DNA from: Candidatus Eiseniibacteriota bacterium
Lineage (GTDB): Bacteria; Eisenbacteria; RBG-16-71-46
NCBI GenBank assembly: GCA_044223005.1
Contig: JBGAML010000016.1
Coordinates: forward strand, 52,080 to 116,079
DNA length: 64,000 bases
Direction: 5' to 3'
The notes beneath the pieces are model-generated. The model made no database searches. It worked only from the letters and a program-made list of their open reading frames with translations, and was not told the origin of the DNA. The position numbers and the translations under genes were made by a program. Of this stretch, positions 38,920 through 49,327 are shown piece after piece. The first letter of the stretch is position 1, and every line of letters starts with the position of its first letter.

Positions 38920-39570
38920 ATGCGCTCGTTGCGTTCGCTCGTCCTTCTCGTCCTCGCCGTCAGCTTCCACCTGCCCGCCATGGCCGCGCCCGCCTGCGCC
39001 CGGCCCGCCGCCACCACGTCCATCCGGCTCAACGAAATCCTGGCCGGGCCCACGCGCGACTGGGACGGCAGCGGCGCGTTCTCGTCGCGCGACGACGAGT
39101 GGATCGAGATCGCCAATCCCGGCGGCTCGGCCGCCGATCTCGCCGGGCTGTTCGTCACCGACGCCGACTCGATCCCGCGCTACGCGTTCTCGGGCTCGCT
39201 CGCGGGCGGCGCGGTGCTGCTCGTCACGGGCAAGACGAGCTACGACTGGGAGAAGGCCACCGGGCAGCCCGCGTTCGGGCTCTCGCTCGGCAACTCGGGC
39301 GACGCGGTGATCCTCTGGCAGGTCGTGGGCGCCGACACGGTCGAAGTCGAGCGCTACACGTTCAAGAGCCACGAAGCGGCCGCCGACCGGGCGATCGGCC
39401 GCGCCCCGGCCACGGGCGAGTGGCAGCTCTTCGACGGCCTGAATCCCTACACCGGCACGCTGCTGCCCGCGGGCAACGGCTGCGCGCCGACGCCGGGGGC
39501 CGCCAACGCGTGCGGGACGACTCCCACGCGACGCTCGACGTGGGGCGCGCTCAAGGCCACGTACCGGTAG
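38920..39570 (+). CDS. secreted lamin-tail-domain protein with C-terminal TWGALKATYR tail
   Basis: Signal peptide; IRLNEILA.P..DWDG...DEWIEI.N; PTPGAAN; ends TPTRRSTWGALKATYR. Confidence 0.82.
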   Translation: MRSLRSLVLLVLAVSFHLPAMAAPACARPAATTSIRLNEILAGPTRDWDGSGAFSSRDDEWIEIANPGGSAADLAGLFVTDADSIPRYAFSGSLAGGAVLLVTGKTSYDWEKATGQPAFGLSLGNSGDAVILWQVVGADTVEVERYTFKSHEAAADRAIGRAPATGEWQLFDGLNPYTGTLLPAGNGCAPTPGAANACGTTPTRRSTWGALKATYR

Positions 39571-39701
39571 CCGGGACCGGGCCACCGCGCCCGGGCCGAG
39601 CCGCCGTGAGGCAGCCCGCGGCGCCTCGGCCGGGCGCGGCCCCGCCGGGAGAGCGGCCGCCGCGCACGCCGCGGCGGCGCTCCCCGCGGGTTCGGGCCGC
39701 G

Positions 39702-39730
39702 TTGACGAACCGCCCGGCAGCCCATAACAT
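39702..39730 (+). promoter_or_regulatory. sigma70-type promoter for tRNA-Leu/smpB operon
   Basis: TTGACG-17 bp-TAACAT, 17 nt before the tRNA. Confidence 0.65.
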
Positions 39731-39747
39731 GCTCGACCCGATTGAGT

Positions 39748-39834
39748 GCGGAAGTGGCGGAACTGGCAGACGCACTAGATTCAGGTTCTAGCGCCCGCAA
39801 GGGTGTGGGGGTTCAAATCCCCCCTTCCGCACCA
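39748..39834 (+). tRNA. tRNA-Leu(CAG)
   Basis: GCGGAAG...CTTCCGC-A-CCA acceptor; anticodon arm CTAGA-TTCAGGT-TCTAG; long variable arm; GGTTCAAATCC T-loop. Confidence 0.97.
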
Positions 39835-39929
39835 TCGACCTCTTCCTTCCCGCGCAGACGGCGCGCGGGGCGCCACCGCCGTGGCGCGGGCGCCCCCGGG
39901 CGTCCGAACCGCACGGAGAGGCTCGCCCC

Positions 39930-40409
39930 ATGACGCGCACGCCCGATTCCCCGGATCGCCTGATCGCGCAGAACCGCCGCGCGAGCCACGACTACGCCAT
40001 TCTCGACACGCTCGAGACCGGCATCGTGCTGGCCGGCACCGAGGTGAAGAGCCTCCGAAACGGCAAGGCGAGCCTCCAGGAAGCCTACGCGACGATCGAG
40101 AACGGCGAGCTCTGGATACGGCAGATGCACATCCCGCCGTACGAGCAGGGCAACCGCTGGAACCTCGATCCCGTCCGCACGCGCAAGCTGCTGGTGCACG
40201 CCGAGGAACTCGAGGACCTGGCGCGCGCGATCGAGCAGAAGGGGCAGACGCTGATTCCCCTGAAGCTCTACTTCTCCAAGGGCCGCGCCAAGCTGCTGCT
40301 CGGGATCGCCAAGGGCAAGAAGACGCACGACAAGCGCGCCTCGATCGCCGAGCGCGACGCGAAGCGCGAGATGGACCGCGCCAAGCGCCGCGGGGAGCGC
40401 GACGCGTGA
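39930..40409 (+). CDS. smpB: SsrA-binding protein
   Basis: NRRASHDY; GIVLAGTEVKSLR; HIPPY; RKLL; AKGKKTHDKR. Confidence 0.97.
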   Translation: MTRTPDSPDRLIAQNRRASHDYAILDTLETGIVLAGTEVKSLRNGKASLQEAYATIENGELWIRQMHIPPYEQGNRWNLDPVRTRKLLVHAEELEDLARAIEQKGQTLIPLKLYFSKGRAKLLLGIAKGKKTHDKRASIAERDAKREMDRAKRRGERDA

Positions 40410-41770
40410 ACGTACCGCGGCGGCTGGCCGGCGCGGCCGCGCTGCTGCTCGCGCTCGCGTTCGCACCGGCCGCGCCGGCCGCGACGCCCTCGGCGGCGGT
40501 GACGCGCGTGAACGGTACGCCGTGCGTGAGCGCGACGGACCTCGCGCGGCTCGTGGACGGTTCGCTCTATTGGCGCGCGGACACGCGCAAGCTCGTGCTG
40601 CGGATCCGCGAACACCGCGTCACGCTCACGGTCGACGTGCCGCTCGCGATCGTCGACGACCGCACGCTGCGGCTCGACGCGCCGGTGCGCTCCGTGGGCG
40701 GCGTGCTCCAGCTGCCGCTCTCGCTGCTGCCGCTGCTGCCGCGCGATTCGAGCGACGCCCGGCTCGTCGTGGACCCGGCGGGTACGCGCGTGCGTGCGGT
40801 GGCGGTCGCCTCCGCGAGCGGCGCCCCGCGCGTGACGGTGACGGGCGAGGTGACGCGCGTCACGATCGCGACCGAACGTCCGGCGGACGCGCGCATCGCC
40901 AGCACGTCGCGCACGCACTTCCGCGTGCGGCTGCCGGGCATCGCGCCGCCGACCGCGGATTCGCTGCCCGCGGGCGCGCTGGTGCGCGCGCTGCGCCGCG
41001 TGCCCGGCGAGGGCGTGACGTGGGAGCTGGGGCTCGCGCCCGGCACGCTGGGCTGGCGGCGCGTGCCGGCGCCGGAGGCGCTGGTGCTCGAGTTCGCGCG
41101 CGAGGGTCCGGGACTCGAACCGTTCGCGCCCGAGGGGCCCGCGGGACCGCGGCCGCTGCGCGTCGTGGTGCTCGATCCCGGACACGGCGGCGCCGATGCC
41201 GGCGTCAGCGTCCCCGGCGCGGTCGAGAAGGACCTCACGCTGCAGCTCGCGCGGGCGCTCGCCGACGAGCTCGAGCGCCGCTCGGGCGCGCGCGTCGTGC
41301 TGACGCGCGACACGGACCGCGACCTCGCGCAGCCGGTCCGTGCCGAACTGGCCAACCGGGCACGCGCGGACCTCGTGCTCGCGCTGCATTTCGACGGCGC
41401 GCCGCTCACGCGCGCGCACGGCGCCACGGCGTGGTGCGCCCCGGCGCCGCCCGAGGAGGCCGCCCGGGCCGCCGCGGCGAGCCCCGTCGCGATGCTGCCC
41501 TGGCGAGACGTCGCGGTGCAGCACGCGGTCGAGAGCCGTGCGCTCGCGGACGATGTGACGGCGGCGCTCGAGGCGCGCGGGCTGGGCCCGGCGCGTACGC
41601 GCGAGATGCTGCCGGCGCCCCTGCTCGGCGTGAACGCGCCGGGGCTCTCGCTCGAATGCGCGACGCTCACGTCGCCCGAGGACCTGCAGCGCGTCACCGC
41701 GGCCGAGGGTATCCGCGCCCTCGCCGCCGCGATCACCGACGGCGTGCTCGCGTGGGCGCGTCATGAATAG
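40406..41770 (+). CDS. N-acetylmuramoyl-L-alanine amidase (Amidase_3)
   Basis: Signal peptide. VVLDPGHGG, EKDLTL, LTRDTD, ALHFD and SLEC Zn/catalytic motifs. Confidence 0.88.
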   Translation: MNVPRRLAGAAALLLALAFAPAAPAATPSAAVTRVNGTPCVSATDLARLVDGSLYWRADTRKLVLRIREHRVTLTVDVPLAIVDDRTLRLDAPVRSVGGVLQLPLSLLPLLPRDSSDARLVVDPAGTRVRAVAVASASGAPRVTVTGEVTRVTIATERPADARIASTSRTHFRVRLPGIAPPTADSLPAGALVRALRRVPGEGVTWELGLAPGTLGWRRVPAPEALVLEFAREGPGLEPFAPEGPAGPRPLRVVVLDPGHGGADAGVSVPGAVEKDLTLQLARALADELERRSGARVVLTRDTDRDLAQPVRAELANRARADLVLALHFDGAPLTRAHGATAWCAPAPPEEAARAAAASPVAMLPWRDVAVQHAVESRALADDVTAALEARGLGPARTREMLPAPLLGVNAPGLSLECATLTSPEDLQRVTAAEGIRALAAAITDGVLAWARHE

Positions 41771-42308
41771 CCGCGCTCGCGTGCTCGTCGCGCTGCTCGT
41801 CGTGGCGGCGATCGCGTTCGTGGGCTGGCGCACGTGGGGCGGACGCCGCACCAGCGCGCCGGCCGGCGCGCCCGCGGACACCGCGCAGGCCGGCATGCGC
41901 TCGATCACGCTCTGGTTCGCGGACGCGAGCGGCGACAGCCTGGTCGTCGAGTCGCGCACGGTGGTCGAGCAGGAGGGCCTGCACGCCCGCGTCTCGCAGC
42001 TGATCGACGCGCTGGCCCGCGGGCCCGAACGGCGCGGCGTCGCCGTGCTGCCGGCGGGGACGGCGCTCGTCCACGTCTATCTCGACGACCGCGGCCTGCT
42101 CGTGCTGGACCTTTCGCGCGCTTTCCAGCAGGGTTTCCGGGGCGGCTCGCGCGAGGAGGACCTGATCATCGGCTCGCTGCGCCGGACGCTCGGGGCGAAC
42201 GTGCCGGAAGCGCAGCGCGTGCGCTTCACCTGCGGCGGCGCCCCGATCGGTTCGCTCGGCGGGCACGTCCCGCTCGACCAGCCGCTCGACCTGCACGAGG
42301 ACCTGTGA
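41763..42308 (+). CDS. GerMN domain protein
   Basis: N-terminal TM; TLWFAD....LVVESR; LARGP; LDLS..F; SL..TL; LGGHV. Amidase-GerMN-murI context. Confidence 0.85.
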   Translation: MNSRARVLVALLVVAAIAFVGWRTWGGRRTSAPAGAPADTAQAGMRSITLWFADASGDSLVVESRTVVEQEGLHARVSQLIDALARGPERRGVAVLPAGTALVHVYLDDRGLLVLDLSRAFQQGFRGGSREEDLIIGSLRRTLGANVPEAQRVRFTCGGAPIGSLGGHVPLDQPLDLHEDL

Positions 42309-42342
42309 CCACGCGCCGCGAAACGAAACCGGGGAGGAAGGC

Positions 42343-43227
42343 ATGCCCGTGACCCACGACCCGCGCCCGATCGGCGTGTTCGATTCCGGCATCGGCGGGC
42401 TCACCGCGGTCCGCGAGCTGTTCCGCCAGCTGCCGCACGAATCGATCGTCTACTTCGGCGACACCGCGCGCCTGCCGTACGGCAACAAGTCGCGCGAGAC
42501 GGTCACGCGCTTCAGCCTCGAGATCGCGTCGTTCCTCGTGCGCCAGAACGTGAAGTGCATCGTGGTCGCGTGCAACACCGCCTCGAGCCACGCGCTCGAC
42601 GACCTGCGCGCGCGCTTCTCGCTGCCGATCCTCGGCGTGATCGAGCCGGCCGCCACGGCCGCCGTGGCCGCGAGCCCGAAGGGCCTGATCGGCGTCGTCG
42701 GCACGCTCGCGACGGTGGGCAGCCACGCGTTCCCGCACGCGATCGCGAAGCTCGCGCCGGGCGCGAACGTGATCTCGCGCGCCTGTCCGCTGTTCGTGCC
42801 GCTCGTCGAGGAGGGCTGGCTCGACCACAAGGTGACGCGCCTCGTGGCCGAGGAGTACCTCGCCGAGCTGCGCGCGGCACCGCTCGAGAGCCTGATCCTC
42901 GGCTGCACGCACTACCCGCTCATCGCGCCGCTGCTCGGCGAACTGATGGGCCCGGGCGTGCGGTTGGTCGATTCCGGCGCCGAGGCCGCGCGCGCCACGG
43001 CGGCGCTGCTCGCCGAGCGCGGGCAGCTCGCGCCCGACCCCGGCCCGAAGGGGCCGCATCACCACTTCTTCCTCAGCGACGAGCCGCGACGGCGCAGCTT
43101 CGCGCGCATCGCCGAAGGCTTCCTCGGCCGGCCGCTGCCGCACGTGACGGTGGTCGACCAGACGGACCTGCCGTGGTTCGAACGCCTGCATTCGCACCTT
43201 CCCGAATCCGGAGAACCCACGACGTGA
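42343..43227 (+). CDS. murI: glutamate racemase
   Basis: [21 protein letters not shown] and LGCTHYP motifs. Confidence 0.97.
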   Translation: MPVTHDPRPIGVFDSGIGGLTAVRELFRQLPHESIVYFGDTARLPYGNKSRETVTRFSLEIASFLVRQNVKCIVVACNTASSHALDDLRARFSLPILGVIEPAATAAVAASPKGLIGVVGTLATVGSHAFPHAIAKLAPGANVISRACPLFVPLVEEGWLDHKVTRLVAEEYLAELRAAPLESLILGCTHYPLIAPLLGELMGPGVRLVDSGAEAARATAALLAERGQLAPDPGPKGPHHHFFLSDEPRRRSFARIAEGFLGRPLPHVTVVDQTDLPWFERLHSHLPESGEPTT

Positions 43228-44021
43228 CCCGCAAGCCCCAGCCCATCCGCGAGCGCGAAGCTGCGCCCGTGGAAGCCGCTCCGTTCGTCCGCCACGATGG
43301 CCGCGCGCCGCGCGACCCGCGCCCGTTCCGCATCGAGCGCGGCGTGATGTCCCACGCCGAGGGCTCGGCGCTCGTGCACATGGGCAAGACGCGCGTGCTG
43401 TGCACGGCGAGCGTCGAGGACCGCGTGCCCGGCTGGCTGCGCAACTCGGGCAAGGGCTGGGTGACCGCCGAGTACGGCATGCTGCCGCGCGCCACGAACA
43501 CGCGCATGCCGCGCACGAGCCAGACCGGCGGGCGTTCGCAGGAGATCCAGCGGCTGATCGGCCGTTCGCTCCGCGCCGTCACCGATCTCACCGCGTTCGG
43601 CGAGCGGACGATCACGCTCGATTGCGACGTGATCGAGGCCGACGGCGGCACGCGCACGGCGGCGATCAACGGCGCGCTGGTCGCGCTGCACGACGCCTTC
43701 GTCTCGCTCTCGAACCAGAACGGGCTCGCGCGGCCGCCGCTGCGCGATTCGGTCGCCGCGATCTCGGTGGGCGTGGTGAAGGGCGTGCCGTGCCTCGACC
43801 TCGACTACGTCGAGGATTCCTCGGCCGAGGTCGACATGAACGTGGTGATGACCGGCCGCGGCCGCTTCATCGAGGTGCAGGGCACGGGCGAAGGTGCCAC
43901 GTTCGGCGACGACGACCTGCGCGCTCTGCTCCGGCTCGCCAAGGCCGGAGTGAAGCGCGTCACGCGCTCGCAGCTGCGGCTGCTCGGCGGCTCCGGCCTG
44001 CTGCCCGAGGCCGGCGCGTGA
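43224..44021 (+). CDS. rph: ribonuclease PH
   Basis: [49 protein letters not shown] and EVQGTGE motifs. Confidence 0.97.
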   Translation: MTRKPQPIREREAAPVEAAPFVRHDGRAPRDPRPFRIERGVMSHAEGSALVHMGKTRVLCTASVEDRVPGWLRNSGKGWVTAEYGMLPRATNTRMPRTSQTGGRSQEIQRLIGRSLRAVTDLTAFGERTITLDCDVIEADGGTRTAAINGALVALHDAFVSLSNQNGLARPPLRDSVAAISVGVVKGVPCLDLDYVEDSSAEVDMNVVMTGRGRFIEVQGTGEGATFGDDDLRALLRLAKAGVKRVTRSQLRLLGGSGLLPEAGA

Positions 44022-44602
44022 AGTTCGTGCTGGCGACGTTCAACCGCGACAAGGCGCGGGAACTCGCCGCGCTCCTGGCGCTGCCCGGGCTCGAGATCGT
44101 ACCGCTCGCCGACTGGCCGGGCTCGGTCGCGCCCGAGGAGGACGGGGATTCGCTCGAGGCCAACGCTCGCATCAAGGCGCGGGCCGCGCTCGCGGTCACG
44201 GGACTGCCGGCGATCGCCGACGACACCGGGCTCGAGGTGGACGCGCTCGGCGGCGCGCCCGGCATCCACGCGGCGCGCTACGCGGGGCCGCAGGCCACGT
44301 ACGACGACAACGTTGCCCGGCTGCTGAGCGCGCTCGCGGAGGTGCCCGACGCGCACCGCGCCGCCCGCTTCCGCACCGTCTGCGTCGCCCTGCATCCCGA
44401 TGGCCGGGAATGGGTTGCGCAGGGCGTGCTGGAAGGCGTGATCGGCCGCGAACGCCGCGGCACGGGCGGGTTCGGCTACGACCCCGTGTTCGTGCTCCCC
44501 GACGGGCGGAGCCTCGCCGAGATCGCGGCGGCCGAAAAGAATTCGATCTCCCATCGCGCCCGCGCCGTTCGCGCTCTGGCCGCGGCTCTTTCCACGTTGT
44601 AG
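44018..44602 (+). CDS. rdgB: non-canonical purine NTP pyrophosphatase (RdgB/HAM1)
   Basis: [38 protein letters not shown] and KNSISHR motifs. Confidence 0.96.
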   Translation: MKFVLATFNRDKARELAALLALPGLEIVPLADWPGSVAPEEDGDSLEANARIKARAALAVTGLPAIADDTGLEVDALGGAPGIHAARYAGPQATYDDNVARLLSALAEVPDAHRAARFRTVCVALHPDGREWVAQGVLEGVIGRERRGTGGFGYDPVFVLPDGRSLAEIAAAEKNSISHRARAVRALAAALSTL

Positions 44603-44694
44603 GGTTCGCCGCACCCCGCGATCCGCCGATTCTCCAGGCGTCCCCACGACGCCTTTGCCGTTTCCATCTCCACGGCCGAGTTGGAGAGACGCAC

Positions 44695-46992
44695 GTGACG
44701 TGGTCGGATCCGCCCACGGGTCGAACCCGTACCCAGCGGCTGCTGCGCGCCATTGCCGGTCCCGCCCTGACCCTGGTCGTGGCCGCCGGTGTCGAACTGC
44801 TGCGGCCGACGCCCCTGCGCGTGCCCGGCCCGGGCGTCGTGCTGCTGCTCGCGGTGGCGTGGTCCGCATACGTGGGCGGTGTCGTGCCCGGCGCGATCAG
44901 CGTGCTCGTCACCGTCGGGTACGCCACGTGGTTCTACGGTCCGCCGCCGGGCGGCTTCGACCCCGAGGACCTGCGCCGGCTCGTGGACCTGTCCATCGGC
45001 GGCGCCGGGCTCGTCGCCATGCTAGGGATCCTGCGCGCGCGCGCCGAGCGTGCGCGGCGGCTCGAGGCCGAGGCGGCGGTCGAGCAGCAGTACCGCGTCG
45101 TGTTCGAGGAGGCGGTCGACTCGGTGCTGCTGGCCGACCCGACGGGCCGCTTCACGTTCGCGAACCGCCGCGCCTGCGAGATGACCGGGTACGCGCGGGA
45201 GGAGCTGCTGCGCATGCGCGCGGGCGACCTGATCGATTCCGGCATGGGCAGCGATCCCAACGTGGGCACGCGGCGCCTGGGGGGCGGTCCGTACCTGGAA
45301 CGCGAGCTGGTGCGGCGCGACGGCCGCCGCCTGCGCGTCGAGATGTCCATGAAGCACCTGCCGGACGGCACCACGTTGCGCATCCTCCGCGACGTGACCG
45401 GGCAGCGCGAGGCCGTCGATCACCTGCGGGCCGCGCTCTCGACCGTGCAGGCGACGCTGGATTCGACGTCGGAGGCGATCCTGGTCGTGGACGCGTCGGG
45501 CAAGTGGGCGGGTTGGAACCGCCGCCTGCTGGAGCTGTGGCGGATTCCCGCCGAGATCGCCGATGCCGGGGACGACGCGCGCGCGCTCGCGTTCGTCACC
45601 GACCAGCTCGTCGACCCGCAGGCCTTCCTGCGCAAGGTGCGCGAGCTCTACGCGACGCCGGACACCGAAAGCCAGGACGAGATCTTCTGCCGCGACGGCC
45701 GCGTGATCGAACGCCAGTCGGTGCCGCAGCGCGTGGGCGAGCGGATCGTCGGCCGCGTCTGGAGTTTCCGCGACGTGACCGAGGCGCGCCGGCAGGCCGA
45801 GGTGCTGCGCGAGACCGAGCGTCGCTTCATCCAGGCCGAGAAGCTCGAGGCCGTGGGCCGGCTCGCCGGCGGGATCGCGCACGACTTCAACAACATGCTC
45901 ACCGCGATCCTCGGCGAAGCCGACCTGCTGCTGCTGCAGCTGCCCGAGGACGCGCGCGCGCGCCGGCAGGTCGAGAGCATCCACTCGGCCGCCATGCGCA
46001 GCGCGCAGCTCACACGCCAGCTGCTCGCGTTCGCGCGCCGGCACCACACCGAGCCGCGGGCGTTCGCGCTCACGGAGCTCGTTTCCGGGATCGAACCGCT
46101 CGCGCGCCGGCTCGTGGGGGCGTCGGTCGACGTGCAGCTCGACCTGCCGCCCGGCAGCCAGGGACCGTGGGTGCACGCCGACCCCTCGCAGCTCGAGCAG
46201 GCCGTGCTCAACCTGGTGATCAATGCCGGCGACGCGATGCCCGACGGCGGGACCCTCACGCTGCGGGTCTGCCGGGAGACGGTCGAGCCCGACGAACTCG
46301 CCACCCGCGGTGCGCGGCAGGCCGGGACGCACGGCTGCGTGTGCGTGATCGACACGGGTCCCGGCATCCCCGAACACGTCCGGCCGCACCTGTTCGAGCC
46401 ATTCTTCACCACCAAGCCGGCGGGCAAGGGCACCGGGCTCGGGCTCGCCTCCGTGCACGGCATCGTGGAGGAGGCGCACGGATTCGTGGAGGTTTGCGAC
46501 GGGACCGAGCACGGCGCCCATTTTCGCGTGCTCGTGCCCGAGTGCGAGCCGCACGCCGGGGCCGCGAGCCCGGCATCGCCCGACGTGCGCGGGCACGACG
46601 GCACCGGCAGGGGGGCCGTTCTGCTCGTGGACGACGAGCCGACGGTGCGCACGTTCGTCGCGACCGTGCTGGCGCACGCCGGGTTCGACGTCGCATCCGC
46701 CGGCGGCGGTGAAGAGGCGTTGCAGCTCTCGCGCGGGCGCACGGAGCCGTTCGACCTGCTGCTCACCGACGTCGTCATGCCCGGCATGCACGGGCCCGAG
46801 CTCGCGCGGCGGGTGCTCGAGGACGGGCGCGCGAACCGCGTGCTCTTCATGTCGGGCTATCCCGGGCAGGGCGCGCGCGAGGAGCTCGCCGAACTGAGCC
46901 CGGTCTCGCTGATCCAGAAGCCGTTCCGCGCCGACGAGCTGCTCGAACGCGTGCGCTCGGCGATCGCGGCCACGGCGCGGCACACGCGCTGA
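44695..46992 (+). CDS. hybrid sensor histidine kinase (N-terminal TM domain, 2 PAS, HisKA, HATPase, receiver)
   Basis: EKLEAVGRLAGGIAHDFNN, NLVINA.DAM, DTG.GI, FEPFFTTK..GKGTGLGL, LLVDDE, TDVVMP and KPF motifs. Confidence 0.93.
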   Translation: MTWSDPPTGRTRTQRLLRAIAGPALTLVVAAGVELLRPTPLRVPGPGVVLLLAVAWSAYVGGVVPGAISVLVTVGYATWFYGPPPGGFDPEDLRRLVDLSIGGAGLVAMLGILRARAERARRLEAEAAVEQQYRVVFEEAVDSVLLADPTGRFTFANRRACEMTGYAREELLRMRAGDLIDSGMGSDPNVGTRRLGGGPYLERELVRRDGRRLRVEMSMKHLPDGTTLRILRDVTGQREAVDHLRAALSTVQATLDSTSEAILVVDASGKWAGWNRRLLELWRIPAEIADAGDDARALAFVTDQLVDPQAFLRKVRELYATPDTESQDEIFCRDGRVIERQSVPQRVGERIVGRVWSFRDVTEARRQAEVLRETERRFIQAEKLEAVGRLAGGIAHDFNNMLTAILGEADLLLLQLPEDARARRQVESIHSAAMRSAQLTRQLLAFARRHHTEPRAFALTELVSGIEPLARRLVGASVDVQLDLPPGSQGPWVHADPSQLEQAVLNLVINAGDAMPDGGTLTLRVCRETVEPDELATRGARQAGTHGCVCVIDTGPGIPEHVRPHLFEPFFTTKPAGKGTGLGLASVHGIVEEAHGFVEVCDGTEHGAHFRVLVPECEPHAGAASPASPDVRGHDGTGRGAVLLVDDEPTVRTFVATVLAHAGFDVASAGGGEEALQLSRGRTEPFDLLLTDVVMPGMHGPELARRVLEDGRANRVLFMSGYPGQGAREELAELSPVSLIQKPFRADELLERVRSAIAATARHTR

Positions 46993-47017
46993 CGTCGCGC
47001 GCCGCCGCTCGCCGGGC

Positions 47018-48430
47018 TCAGCCGGTGATGCGGTGGACGCGGATCGTGTCGGTGGAGCCGCTGCGGCCGCGGTGCGTGCTCGCGACCACGACCACGAGAT
47101 CGCCCGGCGTGCCGCGGCCCAGCTCGATCATCGTGCGCTCGACCTGGCCCACCATGGATTCGATCGCGGGCGCGAACGGCACCACGAACGTCTCGACGCC
47201 CCACTGCAGCGCGAGCTGGCTGCGCACGGCCGGATCGGACGTGAATGCCAGCACGGGGATCGGGTCGCGGTGGCAGGCCACCGCCCGCGCGGTCGCGCCG
47301 GACTGCGTGAACGCGACCAGCGCCTTCGCGCTCACGTCTTCGGCGATCCGCACCGCGGCGGCCGCGATCGAGTCGCCGCGGCTCTCGCGGCGCATCGACA
47401 CGCCCGCGATCGCCGCGAGCGCCTGCGATTCGGCCGCCTCGATCACGCGCGCCATGGTCGCGACCGCTTCGATCGGGTGCGCGCCCACGCTCGTCTCGCC
47501 CGACAGCATCAGTGCATCGGCGCCGTCCAGGACCGCGTTCGCCACGTCGGACGCCTCGGCGCGCGTCGGGCGCGAGTGCTGGATCATCGATTCCAGCATC
47601 TGCGTCGCCACGATCACCGGCTTGGCCGCCGCGCGGGCGAGACGGATCGCACGCTTCTGCACGTGTGGCACCAACTCGAGCGGAATCTCCACGCCGAGGT
47701 CGCCGCGCGCCACCATGAGCCCGTCGAACGCCGCGACGATGCCGTCCAGCTGATCGACCGCCTCGGGCTTCTCGATCTTGGCGATCACGGGCCGGCGCAG
47801 GCCGACCTCGTCCATCACCGCGTGCACCTCGGCCACGTCCGCGGGGGAGCGCACGAACGAGAGCGCCACGAGGTCCACGCCCAGCGAGAGCGCGAAGCGC
47901 AGGTCCTCGACATCCTTCTCGCTCATGCACGGCGCACTCACGCGCACGCCCGGGAGGTTGATGCCCTTGTGGTCGGAGACCGTGCCGCCCTCGATCACCG
48001 TGCAGCGCACGCGCGTGCCGTCGGTCGACTCGGCGCGCAGGCGCACGTTGCCGTCGTCGATCAGCAGCGCATCGCCCGGCTTCACGTCGCGCGCGAGCGC
48101 CGCGTACGACGTGGAGGCGATCGTCGCGTCGCCCGCGACGCGCTCGGTGGTGAGCGTGAACGTCGCGCCGGTGACCAGCGTCACCGGGCCCGCGGCGAAC
48201 GTGCCGAGCCGGATCTTGGGCCCCTGCAGGTCGACGAGGATTCCGACGGCGCGGCCGTGCCGGTCCGACGCGCGGCGCACCTCGGCGTAGCAGGCCGCGT
48301 GGTCGGCGGGCTGGCCGTGGGAGAAATTGAGGCGGGCCACGTCCATGCCGCTCGCGACCAGTGCGTCGATCGCCTGCGGCGTGCGCGTGGCCGGGCCCAG
48401 AGTGCAGACGATCTTCGCGCGGCGCATCAT
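47018..48430 (-). CDS. pyk: pyruvate kinase
   Basis: RAKIVCTLGP, RLNFSHG, DLQGPKIR, AKIEK, MVARGDLG, ATQMLESM and LSGET motifs. Confidence 0.97.
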   Translation of the reverse strand: MMRRAKIVCTLGPATRTPQAIDALVASGMDVARLNFSHGQPADHAACYAEVRRASDRHGRAVGILVDLQGPKIRLGTFAAGPVTLVTGATFTLTTERVAGDATIASTSYAALARDVKPGDALLIDDGNVRLRAESTDGTRVRCTVIEGGTVSDHKGINLPGVRVSAPCMSEKDVEDLRFALSLGVDLVALSFVRSPADVAEVHAVMDEVGLRRPVIAKIEKPEAVDQLDGIVAAFDGLMVARGDLGVEIPLELVPHVQKRAIRLARAAAKPVIVATQMLESMIQHSRPTRAEASDVANAVLDGADALMLSGETSVGAHPIEAVATMARVIEAAESQALAAIAGVSMRRESRGDSIAAAAVRIAEDVSAKALVAFTQSGATARAVACHRDPIPVLAFTSDPAVRSQLALQWGVETFVVPFAPAIESMVGQVERTMIELGRGTPGDLVVVVASTHRGRSGSTDTIRVHRITG

Positions 48431-48551
48431 GCGGAGGGAGTATCGGCGCTCGCGGCTCCCGGCGCGAGTGCCCCGCGGGAAGCCCTGCCGGAACGTGCGT
48501 TCCACGGCCCAGGCGCCCGGACCACTGCGGTCCGGTGCGCCGGGAGGAGGA

Positions 48552-48628
48552 TGGGGTGGATGATGGGGTTCGAACCCACGACCCTCGGGACCACAACCCG
48601 ATGCTCTGCCAGCTGAGCTACATCCACC
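48552..48628 (-). tRNA. tRNA-His(GTG)
   Basis: Reverse complement GGTGGATGTAGCTCAG...CGGGTTGTGGTCCCG...GGTTCGAACCCC...CCCCA, including G-1. Confidence 0.96.
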
Positions 48629-48659
48629 GCCAACCTCGACCCGGGCACGGACCTGACGC

Positions 48660-48736
48660 TGGCGCGCCTGGAGGGAATCGAACCCCCGACCGACGGATTA
48701 GAAATCCGTTGCTCTATCCACCTGAGCTACAGGCGC
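48660..48736 (-). tRNA. tRNA-Arg(TCT)
   Basis: Reverse complement GCGCCTGTAGCTCAG...ACGGA-TTTCTAA-TCCGT...GGTTCGATTCC...GCCA. Confidence 0.96.
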
Positions 48737-48737
48737 G

Positions 48738-48865
48738 GTGCAGGTTCCGATATTTCGCCGATTGCTGCGTCGGCTCGGTCGGACCGTGCTCGACGTACCT
48801 TACGGTACGACTCCGCGCGGTCCTCGGTCGCCGACTTGCACTCGACGAAATCTCGCAACCTGCAC
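48738..48865 (-). repeat. ~128-nt imperfect palindromic element (ERIC-like), copy 1
   Basis: Terminal inverted repeat GTGCAGGTT/AACCTGCAC; apical GTAC-loop-GTAC; homologous to 49884-50005. Confidence 0.8.
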
Positions 48866-49038
48866 ATGTCAGCGCGGGTGCGACGTTCCGGCGAGCGTTG
48901 ACCCTCGCTTCGCGCGCTGGACGGCTTCGCCGTCTACGCGGGCTGGCGATGGGCGCTACGTCGACGAAATACCACTTCCTGCTTGGCCTGGGTGAGACTC
49001 TTTCCCCTGCCGGTGGCGCTGGGCTTGGGGGGTGTAGA

Positions 49039-49115
<77 letters not shown>

Positions 49116-49143
49116 AATGATCTCGGTGGCGAATCGGCGGGGT

Positions 49144-49172
49144 ACATTATCGGTGCGGCGGAGCCGCGTCAA
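49144..49172 (-). promoter_or_regulatory. promoter for tRNA Pro-Arg-His cluster
   Basis: Minus strand TTGACG...GATAATGT, about 30 nt upstream of tRNA-Pro. Confidence 0.6.
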
Positions 49173-49327
49173 ATGCGGGCGGAAACGCTGGCTGCGTCTC
49201 GTGCTCGCGAGCGGCATCGAAGCTCACTGGGGGCTTGGGTTCTCCCGGGGAAGGCCCTATCCTCGCAGGGATTTCAACGTTCCCGGCGCCCCCGCGGCGC
49301 CCCCGCTTCGTTCGAAGGAGTCAGGCA

